Positions 7,626 through 16,774 are shown, counted from the stretch's first letter. The stretch: 32,000 bases of DNA from Candidatus Nanoarchaeia archaeon (GCA_028713895.1 JAQTNH010000001.1:61847-93846), one strand, 5' to 3'. The notes: generated from the sequence alone by a model not told the origin. Made by a program: numbers and translations.

Positions 7626-8567
7626 TCAGATTTTTTCTTCGGCTTTGTTTACGCACTCGCGCTCAGCAACCAATTCCTTGTTCTGCTTGTCAAGGTGCAT
7701 CTGGATTTCTGCAATGTCTGCATCTGTCAGGTGCTTGAACCTGCCCTGTTTTGCAAGATAATTCTTGACAGGCAAACCCTTTGGCTGTATATTGAGCGTG
7801 AATTTCCCGTTCTCAATCTCGTAAACAAGCCACATGCCTGTGTCAACTGCGAGCCGTGCAAGCTCGACTGAAAGGCTTGAATCATACTTCCAGGTGAGCA
7901 CGCAGGGAGTTAGAACATTGATGAATGAGGGGCCGTCGAATGTGAATGACTTCTTGATTTTATTGAACAAGTCAAGAGGATATGCAGTCGAGGCGGTTGC
8001 GATGTAAGGTATCTTATGCGCCGCAATAATCTCTGTCAATGGCTTTTTTTCAACTTCCTTGCCGTGAATTATTTTTCCGATTGGTGTTGTTGTTGTCCAG
8101 GCGTGCTTTGGAGTTGCGCCAGACTGCTGCGAACCTGTGTTTGCGTATGCTTCGTTATTATAGCAGATGTATGTGAACTTGTCTCCGCGCTCAAATGCGG
8201 CAGAGATTGCCCCGAAGCCGATGTCATAAGTTGCGCCGTCTCCGGCAATCACGACAATGTTGTGTTTTGCGCGGGTGCCCTGGGCTGCAAGTGCAGCGTG
8301 AATGCCTGATGCAATTGGCGCTGCGTTCTCAAATGCTCCGTGAACCCATGGCAGGCCCCATGATGTTGTGGGATACTTGGTTGAAACAACTTCCATGCAG
8401 CCGGTTGCGTTTACAATGATAGAATCTTTTCCTGCTGCTTTAGTAATCATGCGCATTGTTATTGCAGGACCGCATCCAGCGCAGGCACCGTGCCCGCTGT
8501 GGAAGAACTCTTCCAGCGGAAGCCCGCGGATGTTTCCTGGTTTCCAGTCGTCTGATTTACTTGCCAT
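7626..8567 (-). CDS. porB: 2-oxoacid (probably pyruvate):ferredoxin oxidoreductase, beta (TPP-binding) subunit
   Basis: GHGACAGCG, VVIAGDGATYDIGF (TPP GDG motif), NNEAYANTG. The track start is TTG 8576, and ATG 8567 (MASKSDDW) is preferred. Substrate is inferred only from the G-D-A-B gene order. Confidence 0.8.
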   Translation of the reverse strand: MASKSDDWKPGNIRGLPLEEFFHSGHGACAGCGPAITMRMITKAAGKDSIIVNATGCMEVVSTKYPTTSWGLPWVHGAFENAAPIASGIHAALAAQGTRAKHNIVVIAGDGATYDIGFGAISAAFERGDKFTYICYNNEAYANTGSQQSGATPKHAWTTTTPIGKIIHGKEVEKKPLTEIIAAHKIPYIATASTAYPLDLFNKIKKSFTFDGPSFINVLTPCVLTWKYDSSLSVELARLAVDTGMWLVYEIENGKFTLNIQPKGLPVKNYLAKQGRFKHLTDADIAEIQMHLDKQNKELVAERECVNKAEEKI

Positions 8568-8619
8568 ATTTGTCAACCCACATCAGAACCACCTGCCGGT
8601 TCCGATACCTCCTGCATCC

Positions 8620-9711
8620 CTACTTCCCGTAATTATCAACCCACAATTCTTTTTCTTTTGATTTGAGAATCATCTGCAAGTCTTCGAGGCGAATGTCGCG
8701 TCCGCCAAGCCCCATGACTGCTGAGCGCGCCTGCGGAACAACTGCCTTTACTTCCATGTGCAAAGGCGCTCCTGCTCCGTATGAATAGGCGCGGTCAACC
8801 ACAACAACATCCTTTCCCCTGCATGCTTTTTCTATCTGGCTGAACGGGAACGGGCGGAAGCATCGCACATGAATCACGCAGGCTCCGGTGAGTTTTGCTG
8901 TTTCAGCTGTGGTTCCCTGGCAGATTATCACCTGCTTTGCAGACGGATTAAATATTTCAACCATCCCATCGCCATACTCTCGCCTGAACATTTTTCCATA
9001 ACGCTTGTTCTCTTCTGAAATAATCTTAGCTGCTTCTTCGTGCGCATCCTTCAGCTGGTGCTTGAATTCCATGTATGTATCAGTAAAACCAACAGGGCCG
9101 AATGTCATTGGCTTGTTTGTATCCAGCTGGTATCTTATCTTGAATTTCGGGAGATAACCGCTGACTTCGGTTTTTGAGAGGATGTCAGCAGGCTCAAACA
9201 TGTGCGACAGGGTGTAGCCGTCCATTATAACCATGACTGGAAGGCGCGCTTTCTCTGCGATTGCAAATGCCTGGATTGTTGTGTCAAAAACAGCCTGTGT
9301 GTTTCGGCAGTGCAATTGTATCCAGCCTGTGTCGCGTGCATCCATCACATCAGAATGGTCGCCCCAGATGTTCAACGGCGCAGCAAGCGCGCGTGCAGCA
9401 ACACCAATCACTGCCGGCAGCCGCAGTCCTGAAATAATCGGGAGGACTTCGTGCGCAAGCGCCAATCCCTGCGAACTTGTTGCTGTGAATGAGCGCGAGC
9501 CTGCGAGAAGCGAGCCTATGAGAGTGGACATCATTGAATGTTCGGATTCTGTGCGGATGATTTTTGCCTTCAGCTCGCCGTTGTTAACGTGATTTGCAAG
9601 CTCCTCCATTATATGCGTCTGGGGCGTGATTGGATAAAGAGGAATAACCTGCGGCTCGCAAAGCTTGACTGCTTCAGCCATTACAGCGGATGCCTCTGCT
9701 ATTCGCTTCAT
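8620..9711 (-). CDS. porA: 2-oxoacid:ferredoxin oxidoreductase, alpha subunit
   Basis: MKRIAEASAVMAEAVKLCEPQVIPLYPITPQTHIME is typical of the alpha N-terminus. ATG 9711 forms an ATGA overlap with the porD stop and follows GGGAGG. The longer track ORF (to 9750) would overlap porD. Confidence 0.85.
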   Translation of the reverse strand: MKRIAEASAVMAEAVKLCEPQVIPLYPITPQTHIMEELANHVNNGELKAKIIRTESEHSMMSTLIGSLLAGSRSFTATSSQGLALAHEVLPIISGLRLPAVIGVAARALAAPLNIWGDHSDVMDARDTGWIQLHCRNTQAVFDTTIQAFAIAEKARLPVMVIMDGYTLSHMFEPADILSKTEVSGYLPKFKIRYQLDTNKPMTFGPVGFTDTYMEFKHQLKDAHEEAAKIISEENKRYGKMFRREYGDGMVEIFNPSAKQVIICQGTTAETAKLTGACVIHVRCFRPFPFSQIEKACRGKDVVVVDRAYSYGAGAPLHMEVKAVVPQARSAVMGLGGRDIRLEDLQMILKSKEKELWVDNYGK

Positions 9712-10007
9712 TTTTCCTCCCTCTGCATCATTATTGCCTTGACTGGACATTCTTTTGCGCAGATGCCGCAGCCCTTGCAGTAATCATAATTTATCTCGAA
9801 CCTGTGCTTGTATTTCTTGTTCTCGGTTTCTTTTTTGAGCATGAAGCAGTTATCAGGGCAGAAGTTCCAGCAGATTCCGCAGCGTATGCATTTCTTCTGG
9901 TCAAGGCATGGCTTGTAAGTGCGCCAGCTGCCTGTCTTGTTTGCGCCTGTGCTTGCTGGAGTTACAACAACTGCGCCTTCAGTGAGTTTTGTTTTTTCAG
10001 CCTTCAT
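9708..10007 (-). CDS. porD: 2-oxoacid:ferredoxin oxidoreductase, delta (2x[4Fe-4S] ferredoxin-like) subunit
   Basis: CIRCGICWNFCP and CKGCGICAKECP cluster motifs. ATGA overlap with the porG stop (10004-10007). Confidence 0.85.
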   Translation of the reverse strand: MKAEKTKLTEGAVVVTPASTGANKTGSWRTYKPCLDQKKCIRCGICWNFCPDNCFMLKKETENKKYKHRFEINYDYCKGCGICAKECPVKAIMMQREEK

Positions 10008-10567
10008 ATTTTCAGACTTCCTTTTTCAGGTAATGTTTTGTCATATGCGACTTTTGCTGATTTTTTGTTCGCTTCAATAACTTTTGCGCCCTTGTCGCTC
10101 CACGCCTCTTCAATTGCCTTGTAGAGTGATTCAGGCTTGCAGAGTTTTGTAAGCCCGGCAAATGCGCCAGCCATGGGAACATTGAAGAACGGCTTGCCTG
10201 TTGCGTCAATCGCGATTTTCGTAGCATCGATTGTACGGACTACGCAGGCTTTTGGAAGCTTGAAATCTTCAGGCTTATTTTTTGTGTTGATGATTACAAG
10301 CCCTGCGCTCTTCAGCTTTTCAAAATATTCCTTTACAAGCGTGACATCAAGGATTATGAAAACATTCGGGTTGTACACCTGGTCGTAGCGTATGATTGGC
10401 TTTTTGTCAACCCGCACAGACGCCATTGCAGGGCTTCCGCTGCGCTCGATTCCATACATCGGGAAAGCCTGCGTGTGATATCCCTCATTGAAAAGTGCGC
10501 TTGCAAGAACAAATGACAATGAGACAACTCCCTGTCCGCCCCTGCCCAATAGTTTTATCTCAAGCAT
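10004..10567 (-). CDS. porG: 2-oxoacid:ferredoxin oxidoreductase, gamma subunit
   Basis: LLGRGGQGVVSLS..AFPMYGIERSG is typical of the gamma subunit. First gene of the operon. Confidence 0.85.
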   Translation of the reverse strand: MLEIKLLGRGGQGVVSLSFVLASALFNEGYHTQAFPMYGIERSGSPAMASVRVDKKPIIRYDQVYNPNVFIILDVTLVKEYFEKLKSAGLVIINTKNKPEDFKLPKACVVRTIDATKIAIDATGKPFFNVPMAGAFAGLTKLCKPESLYKAIEEAWSDKGAKVIEANKKSAKVAYDKTLPEKGSLKI

Positions 10568-10588
10568 GAATAATCGAGTAATTATTGA

Positions 10589-10597
10589 TATTTATAG
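10589..10597 (-). promoter_or_regulatory. TATA-like box for the por operon (leaderless spacing)
   Basis: Minus strand ctataaata, centred ~26 nt upstream of porG ATG 10567. Confidence 0.45.
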
Positions 10598-10598
10598 T

Positions 10599-10808
10599 TT
10601 ATTCGCCGTACTTTCCGAAGTTAAAACCCAATGAGAAACCAAGCGCTATCAGCCCATAGCTCCAAAGCGCAAGCCCTGACAGCGTCTTTGCCATATCACC
10701 GCTTAAGAACAAAAACAGGCCAGAACCCATAAGAAAAATGCCAGTAAGAGCGAACAGGATAAAGTGAGGATCTGTCAGTTCTCTCTTCCATTTGTTCTGC
10801 GTTTTCAT
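10599..10808 (-). CDS. Small membrane protein (2 predicted TM helices)
   Basis: FILFALTGIFLMGSGLFLFL and LALWSYGLIALGFSLGF are hydrophobic segments. No family recognised. Confidence 0.5.
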   Translation of the reverse strand: MKTQNKWKRELTDPHFILFALTGIFLMGSGLFLFLSGDMAKTLSGLALWSYGLIALGFSLGFNFGKYGE

Positions 10809-10856
10809 GCTTTGATAAAGGAAATGTTAAAATATAAAGGTTGAGTAGAATGTTGG

Positions 10857-11807
10857 ATGCACAGGACACTGCTTGTTTTGCTGGCAATTGCATTTGCATT
10901 AGGATGCACAGGCTATAATCCGACGCAGGGGGCGGCTGAAGAAAATGTCACGTTGAGAATGAACGCGGCAGTCCCTGAACATGAAATGCAGCTGAATATT
11001 TCTTACCCGCTGCTGTATGAAAACCCGGTATGGAGCCACATGCCAATAAAAATTTACATTGACAGCGAAACCTCGCAGAACATAAGCTGGTTCAGCGAGA
11101 ATGTCATGGAGTACACGCGCAAAGGGATTGCAGAGTGGGAAAACGCAACAGGCGGACTGGTTTCTTTTGAAGAGATTACAAGCCCTGATGAAGCAGACAT
11201 AACAGTCTACTGGAACAAAAACATGGGGGAATCCGGAGGCGGAGTAAAGATAGGGGAAGCAAGACCATCTTATGTTGTTGATACTGGGTATTACAGCCTG
11301 ATTTCAGGAGGAACGATAACCCAGACACCATACACAACTTCCTGTGTAAACAAAGTGATTGCAACGCATGAAATCGGGCACATGCTCGGCTTGGACCACA
11401 ATGACAACGGGAAAAGCATAATGTACCCTTATGCATGGTGCTATCAGACAATCACTCCGGACATTGTTGATGCGCTTGAAAAAATTTACAACACTCCTGT
11501 TGAGGATAATACGGACATAGTCATGCTAAATGCCAGCGCAACAAGGCACGGGAGCTATGTTGATGCAGAAATTTACATTGCAAACAGGGGGGCTGCTGAC
11601 ACTCCTGCAACAAAACTTTCAGTTGTTGTGAATGACAGGGTTGTGCAGGAATTTGATGTTAAACCGCTGTCCGGCGGAATGTCAAGCGTGCTGAAATTCC
11701 AGAACGTGCATGTTGACGAAGAGTTTGATTCAGTGCAGCTTGAGCTCAACAGGGACAGGCTGTTCAATGAACTGTTCTATGACAATGATATTGCTGTCTT
11801 GAGTTAA
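10857..11807 (+). CDS. Matrixin-like (metzincin) zinc metalloprotease, putative lipoprotein, C-terminal CARDB-like domain
   Basis: HEIGHMLGLDH (HExxHxxGxxH) followed by the Met-turn SIMYP. N-terminus MHRTLLVLLAIAFALGC|TG (lipobox-like). C-terminus AEIYIANRGAADTPATKLSVVVND. TATA-like aatataaa at 10831-10838. Confidence 0.8.
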   Translation: MHRTLLVLLAIAFALGCTGYNPTQGAAEENVTLRMNAAVPEHEMQLNISYPLLYENPVWSHMPIKIYIDSETSQNISWFSENVMEYTRKGIAEWENATGGLVSFEEITSPDEADITVYWNKNMGESGGGVKIGEARPSYVVDTGYYSLISGGTITQTPYTTSCVNKVIATHEIGHMLGLDHNDNGKSIMYPYAWCYQTITPDIVDALEKIYNTPVEDNTDIVMLNASATRHGSYVDAEIYIANRGAADTPATKLSVVVNDRVVQEFDVKPLSGGMSSVLKFQNVHVDEEFDSVQLELNRDRLFNELFYDNDIAVLS

Positions 11808-11852
11808 GTTTATAATCAAAAATAACATTTAAAATTAAGAGGTTGAGATTAG

Positions 11853-12158
11853 ATGGGCTTCATGAAAGGATTTATATTGGCGGGAGCGTTTATAGCACTG
11901 ACAATTGCATTCGGAAGAAACAGCCTTCAAACTGCAATACCTGGACTCGTAGTTCTGTTTATGTTTGGTATGGTTGGCGGCAAATTTGGCTTGATACCAG
12001 GACTGGGATACGTACTTGCATTTGTTGCGCAGTTTTTAATAGGGGGTATACCACTCATTGGCTCATTTTTAATGAATAATGTCATGACGTGGGGAATTGG
12101 TTCAGTCGTTGTAGCAGTATTTTCTGGGGCTGATATTTTTATGGGCGAAAAGTCCTAA
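11853..12158 (+). CDS. Small membrane protein (3 hydrophobic segments)
   Basis: GAGGT at 11840-11844 precedes the ATG. Gly- and hydrophobic-rich sequence. No family recognised. Confidence 0.55.
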   Translation: MGFMKGFILAGAFIALTIAFGRNSLQTAIPGLVVLFMFGMVGGKFGLIPGLGYVLAFVAQFLIGGIPLIGSFLMNNVMTWGIGSVVVAVFSGADIFMGEKS

Positions 12159-12170
12159 TTTTTTCTTTTT
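12159..12170 (+). terminator. Oligo-T tract (archaeal-type terminator candidate)
   Basis: ttttttcttttt lies immediately after the TAA at 12156-12158. Confidence 0.4.
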
Positions 12171-12281
12171 GTTAAACCGCAAGGCTTTAAAAGGGATTAT
12201 TTTAAGATGTATCATGGTTGAGCCCAAAATAGAAGAAATTACCAAAAACCTGCAGAGAACAGTGGAAAAGATTATGATGCA

Positions 12282-12569
12282 ATGCCAAGCATAGGCGCAA
12301 AACTGAGCGAACCAGAGGCATTAACGCAGGAGCTAATAGGCTGGGCGATTTTCCATAAAATCCCTGGCAATCTTGTTTCCAACAGCCAGTTTTATTTTTT
12401 GTATAACACAGAAATAAATGTTTATTCCAGCAGCGCAATCGCTTTAAAGGATACAGAAAATTTTGATGATGCGGCACAGCATATAATGAGCTACCTTGTT
12501 AAGAGAGACGAGGTATACGCCAAATATCTGTGCCCTGAGAGGATTCTTTTTCAAGAAATACAAACGTAA
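12282..12569 (+). CDS. Hypothetical protein, possibly the 3' part of a frameshifted gene
   Basis: 95-aa ORF with no motif recognised. A 26-codon ORF (12208-12288, MVEPKIEEITKNLQRTVEKIMMQCQA) ends just inside it in another frame. Confidence 0.3.
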   Translation: MPSIGAKLSEPEALTQELIGWAIFHKIPGNLVSNSQFYFLYNTEINVYSSSAIALKDTENFDDAAQHIMSYLVKRDEVYAKYLCPERILFQEIQT

Positions 12570-12614
12570 GCTGCCTGAAAAGAGCCATATTACTGGACAT
12601 AGTGGACAACACCC

Positions 12615-12629
12615 TAAATAATAATAAGG
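12615..12629 (+). promoter_or_regulatory. TATA-like box for the LAGLIDADG gene
   Basis: ctaaataataataag, centred ~28 nt upstream of ATG 12650. Confidence 0.4.
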
Positions 12630-12649
12630 TCTTAATGCTTTATCTTTAA

Positions 12650-13933
12650 ATGAGAGCTTGGCATTTATGGGATTTTTCCCCAAACTTATTTACAATATCA
12701 TTAAATGATGAATTCATCGATTGTCTTAAAAATAAATTAAATAAGACTTCTTTTTATAAATTAGGAAAAAATATAAATTTAAATTATGTGTGTATACACC
12801 AAGCCTTTAACAGAAATAGATTCCCTTTATACATCATTCTAAAAATATGTAACTTTTTGAAAATTAACTATAAACGATTGGAGGAAAATGTTATATCATT
12901 TACATGTTACAATGGAAAAAATAGAGTAACTCTTCCAGTATTGCCAATTATCGAATCTAATGAATTGTATGAATTAATTGGACATCTATTAGGAGATGGG
13001 TATCTATCTAAAAAACTTGGCCAAATGAGCAATTATACGAATACGTCAAAAGAGCTGATTGGCAGGTTTATATTTTTGATAAATACGGTTTTTGGAAAAG
13101 TACACGTAGGTGTATATCATGATAAACGGTTTAATGCTGATACGATAGGTATACCCAAAGCATTAGAATTTATTTTATTTGAAATGTTTCCTGAATTAAA
13201 AGAAGGAAAAATGCCGCAAAATCTACTTGGATCACATCTACAATTTGCCTCTTCATTTATTAGCGCATTTGCAGATGACGAATCTTGCGTAACAACATCT
13301 GCGATAGTTTTAACTTCTATCAACAGATTACTGCTTTTAGACATAAAGAAACTTTTACTAAGTAGACTAGGATTCAGCGAAGATACAGTTACAGAAGTAA
13401 AAGCAAAAAAGAATCTATTTATATTGTCCATTAAAGGTAAGGGATTAAAAAAATTTAGCGAAGCGGTAGGTTTTGTACATCCGCAAAAACGAGAGGATTT
13501 ACTGTTTGAAATAGAAAGGAAAAACGCCAATAACAAGCCTAAAAGTGCGGGGCAAATCAAAGCAAAAATAACTCAGCAGCTGAATCTGCCAAAAACATCC
13601 AAGGAATTGTCCATAGTATTAAAAATCCAAAGACAGAATATAAGTAAGCACTTAAGGGAATTAAATAGTAAAGGTTATGTAGGAATACACTCTATTTCCA
13701 AATACAAAGTTCCGAAATGGATAAAATTAAAGGAGTTTATCCCTTTAACAGACAATTATAAAAATAATATCTTAAATCTTTTATTGACTAAGCGAGATTT
13801 AAGAACAAAGCAAATATCTGATTATCTAGTATTAAGCACGGATGAGACACTAAGATACTTACATCAGCTGAGAATCTCTGACAAAGTGTTTTATAAAGTC
13901 ATAGGGAAAACATATTATTGGGCGTTAAAATGA
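12650..13933 (+). CDS. Free-standing LAGLIDADG homing-endonuclease-like protein with HTH/winged-helix modules
   Basis: Motif 1 LIGHLLGDGYL and motif 2 FISAFADDES, with the acidic residue retained in both. C-terminal wHTH-like segments TSKELSIVLKIQRQNISKHLRELNSKGYV and LRTKQISDYLVLSTDETLRYLHQL. No Hint/intein blocks. Strongly AT-rich. Confidence 0.75.
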   Translation: MRAWHLWDFSPNLFTISLNDEFIDCLKNKLNKTSFYKLGKNINLNYVCIHQAFNRNRFPLYIILKICNFLKINYKRLEENVISFTCYNGKNRVTLPVLPIIESNELYELIGHLLGDGYLSKKLGQMSNYTNTSKELIGRFIFLINTVFGKVHVGVYHDKRFNADTIGIPKALEFILFEMFPELKEGKMPQNLLGSHLQFASSFISAFADDESCVTTSAIVLTSINRLLLLDIKKLLLSRLGFSEDTVTEVKAKKNLFILSIKGKGLKKFSEAVGFVHPQKREDLLFEIERKNANNKPKSAGQIKAKITQQLNLPKTSKELSIVLKIQRQNISKHLRELNSKGYVGIHSISKYKVPKWIKLKEFIPLTDNYKNNILNLLLTKRDLRTKQISDYLVLSTDETLRYLHQLRISDKVFYKVIGKTYYWALK

Positions 13934-16089
13934 ATATTGAAGAACTTGAGAAATTCGGGATATCCATGAAAATTGTAGAGCTGTTTAAAGAAGAAAGAAT
14001 TTTACGATTAAATCCTCCACAACAAAAAGCAATACAGACCGGATTGTTTGATGGTAAAGATATAGTCGTAGCATCTCCAACGTCTTCAGGCAAATCAATG
14101 ATTATGACTTTAGCCTTTATAAAGAACTTATTGTCTGAAGGCGGAAAGGCAATTTATATTTCTCCACTGAAAGCATTAGCAAGTGAAAAGTATGAATATT
14201 ATAAAAACTTGTTCAAAGAATATCCGCTTAAAGTTGCAATTAGCACGGGTGATTTTGATTCTTTTGATAGAGGGTTGGCTAATAACAATATTTTGATATT
14301 AACTGTAGAGAAACTTGATAGTTTGATTCGTCATAACATTCCATGGTTGAATGAAATCAAAGTTATAATTATAGACGAAATACATCTTTTGGATGACGCG
14401 AACAGAGGGCCTACACTTGAAGTCCTGATTACGCGCCTGAAAAACTTCTGCCCAAAGGCGCAGCTTATTGCGCTGTCTGCTACAATCTCAAATGCAGATG
14501 AGATTGCAAAATGGCTCGGCGCAGAACTTGTGAAAAGCGATTATCGTCCAGTTGAACTGCATGAGGGAGTTTACATAAACGGCGAGCTTGACTTTGGCGG
14601 TAAAATTGAGAAGCTGAAGGGCAAGTCAGATGTTCCGGAAATCAGGATTCTTGAAGACACGCTTGCAAAGAACAAGTCAATGCTGCTTTTTGTTTCGAGC
14701 AGGCGCAATGCAGAAGGCTGCGCAAAGAAATGCGCTGACACAGTTGCTGCAAGCCTGAATGCTGAGGAGAAAAAAGAACTGGAAGCGCTGAGCAAGGAAA
14801 TTCTTGATGTTCTTGAAACACCGACAAAGCAGTGCGAGGATTTGGCAGAGTGCGTTAAAAGCGGAGTTGCATTCCATCATGCTGGCTTGGTTGCGAAACA
14901 GCGCAGCCTGATTGAAAATGCATTCCGAAGCAGACTCATTAAAATAATTTGTTGCACTCCAACTTTGGCCGCGGGCTTAAATTTACCTGCATTCCGCGCT
15001 GTTGTGCGGGATTTGAAGCGATTTGACTCGGAGGAAGGAATGGGATTCATTCCTGTGCTGGAGTTTAAGCAAATGTGCGGCAGAGCAGGTAGGCCAGGCT
15101 TGGATGACTCAGGACAAGGAATCGCGATTGCAAAGACAGTGAAGGAAGCAGAGGAGATTCGTGAAAAGTATATCAAAGGTATTCCAGAAGATGTTTACTC
15201 AAAACTGTCAGTCGAGCCTGTGCTGAGAATGCAGATTCTCGGACTGATTTCAACCGGAGAAATAATCGACAGGAAATCGCTGATGGGATTTTTTGCAAAA
15301 ACATTTTATGCTGTCCAGTACAAGAACCTTGACAGGATTGAAAACAATCTTGACAAGATAATGAACGAGTTAATTGGCTGGGGATTCATAAAACCTGAGG
15401 GTCAGAAGCTTCTTCCCACGCTGATTGGAAAGCGAGTTGCCGAGCTTTATATTGACCCGTACTCTGCGCACAAAATAATGGAGGCGCTGAAGAAATCAAA
15501 CCAGGAGCCGCTTTACTACATCCACACAATATGTTCGTGCGTTGAGATGCGCCCGCTGCTTTACATCTCCTCGAAGGATTTTTCTGAACTGCAGCAGAAG
15601 TCGCTGAAGTTTGATGATGTGCTTCCTGAGGCGCCGTCTGCATGGGATGTTGATTATGAAGTATGGTTCCGCGCAATCAAGACAGCTTTCATGCTGAATG
15701 ACTGGATAGGGGAAAAGAACGAGGCACAGCTGTTTGATGAATATCACGAAACTCCTGGAATGCTGAAGAACAGGCTGAACAATGCTGACTGGATGCTTTA
15801 TTCCATGGGCGAAATTGCAGGACTGCTCAAGAGAAAAGAGGACCTGACTCCCTTGCGAAAGCTGCGGATAAGGATGAAATACGGCGCAAAGGAAGAGCTG
15901 CTCAATCTTCTGCGGTTCGAGGGAATCGGAAGAATCAGGGCGCGAAAGCTTTACTTCAGCGGAATCAAGAGCGTTGTTGATGTAAAGAAAATCGCATATG
16001 AGAAGCTCTCTGACTTAATCGGGCCAAAGATTGCAAAGAAGCTCAAGGACCAGGTTGTCAGCGAGGAGCAACAGAATTTGGGACAATAA
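13930..16089 (+). CDS. hel308: Hel308/Ski2-like superfamily 2 DNA helicase
   Basis: Motif I SPTSSGKS, II DEIH, III SAT, IV-V HHAGL and TPTLAAGLNLPA, VI QMCGRAGRPG. C-terminal HhH-like LRFEGIGRIRARKL. ATG 13930 (the track starts at TTG 13918) forms an ATGA overlap with the upstream stop. Confidence 0.9.
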   Translation: MNIEELEKFGISMKIVELFKEERILRLNPPQQKAIQTGLFDGKDIVVASPTSSGKSMIMTLAFIKNLLSEGGKAIYISPLKALASEKYEYYKNLFKEYPLKVAISTGDFDSFDRGLANNNILILTVEKLDSLIRHNIPWLNEIKVIIIDEIHLLDDANRGPTLEVLITRLKNFCPKAQLIALSATISNADEIAKWLGAELVKSDYRPVELHEGVYINGELDFGGKIEKLKGKSDVPEIRILEDTLAKNKSMLLFVSSRRNAEGCAKKCADTVAASLNAEEKKELEALSKEILDVLETPTKQCEDLAECVKSGVAFHHAGLVAKQRSLIENAFRSRLIKIICCTPTLAAGLNLPAFRAVVRDLKRFDSEEGMGFIPVLEFKQMCGRAGRPGLDDSGQGIAIAKTVKEAEEIREKYIKGIPEDVYSKLSVEPVLRMQILGLISTGEIIDRKSLMGFFAKTFYAVQYKNLDRIENNLDKIMNELIGWGFIKPEGQKLLPTLIGKRVAELYIDPYSAHKIMEALKKSNQEPLYYIHTICSCVEMRPLLYISSKDFSELQQKSLKFDDVLPEAPSAWDVDYEVWFRAIKTAFMLNDWIGEKNEAQLFDEYHETPGMLKNRLNNADWMLYSMGEIAGLLKRKEDLTPLRKLRIRMKYGAKEELLNLLRFEGIGRIRARKLYFSGIKSVVDVKKIAYEKLSDLIGPKIAKKLKDQVVSEEQQNLGQ

Positions 16090-16091
16090 TA

Positions 16092-16697
16092 TTATTGCTC
16101 TATTTCGTTTTTTTCCAAATAAGGACACTTTTTGCATCTATGTTTTAGAACTTCTGCAAGAGGTTTATAAAAAGGTTCGGATACAGCCATCATGTTCAAT
16201 ACCTGATACGCTTTGTGCCTGCAATAAACTGCCGCCTCAGCTTTCTCTTTTTGTTTGCTCAGTACGCTATATTCAGTCATTGATTTAACAAGAGCATTTG
16301 CTTCAACATTTTTTGGTATCCCTATTTCAGTTTCAGCTATTTTTTGACACTGTTCTAAAATGCCCCCAAGTTTGAAGCTGTCTTCAAAAGAGGGTATTTC
16401 ATCTTTTGAATTAGATTTTTTGAATATTTCTTCGCCAATTTTTGCTATATCTGAATAGATACTATACAGATCCTTGCCTATGATGCCTATAATGTATTTT
16501 TCATCGTCTTCTAAATCTTTTTTCCAAAGTCCCCAAAGTTCTGCTGCTTGTTTTTTGGTACTTATACTGCCTAACTCTTTGATAGCTATAATGCCCACTG
16601 TTTTTTCGACAATTTCCATTAAAACAGAATCCAAAGTAAAACACATTGCTTTCTTTGCGTCTACTGCAAAAACAGGCAGTTCATCTGAGCTTTTCAT
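16092..16697 (-). CDS. Hypothetical protein (201 aa), AT-rich ORFan
   Basis: Uninterrupted ORF convergent with hel308 (2-nt gap). TATA-like ctttatatacc ~37 nt upstream. C-terminal HRCKKCPY. No family recognised. Confidence 0.55.
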   Translation of the reverse strand: MKSSDELPVFAVDAKKAMCFTLDSVLMEIVEKTVGIIAIKELGSISTKKQAAELWGLWKKDLEDDEKYIIGIIGKDLYSIYSDIAKIGEEIFKKSNSKDEIPSFEDSFKLGGILEQCQKIAETEIGIPKNVEANALVKSMTEYSVLSKQKEKAEAAVYCRHKAYQVLNMMAVSEPFYKPLAEVLKHRCKKCPYLEKNEIEQ

Positions 16698-16774
16698 AGT
16701 ATCCCTTTTTGATTACTACTTATTAGTGGTATATAAAGCTTTCTTTTGTGCAAAAGAGAGCAGACAAAGCTGGA

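Noticed and set aside
7656-10124. Plus-strand ORFs antisense to the por operon (8016-8309, 8195-8419, 8368-8661, 9202-9432, 9233-9592, 9538-9783, 9690-10124).
   Set aside because: They lie opposite strongly motif-supported por genes, have Cys/Arg-rich nonsense-like composition, and lack promoters or SD sites.
12270-12310. C/D-box sRNA (AUGAUGC at 12274-12280 and CUGA at 12301-12304).
   Set aside because: The boxes are only ~25 nt apart. There are no C'/D' boxes or terminal stem, and the C box is imperfect. They lie inside a plausible ORF.
12202-12683. Minus-strand ORFs 12202-12477 and 12444-12683 in the region upstream of the HEG.
   Set aside because: They have no start context or motif, and the second overlaps the HEG promoter and ATG. 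I kept only the plus-strand ORF, at low confidence.
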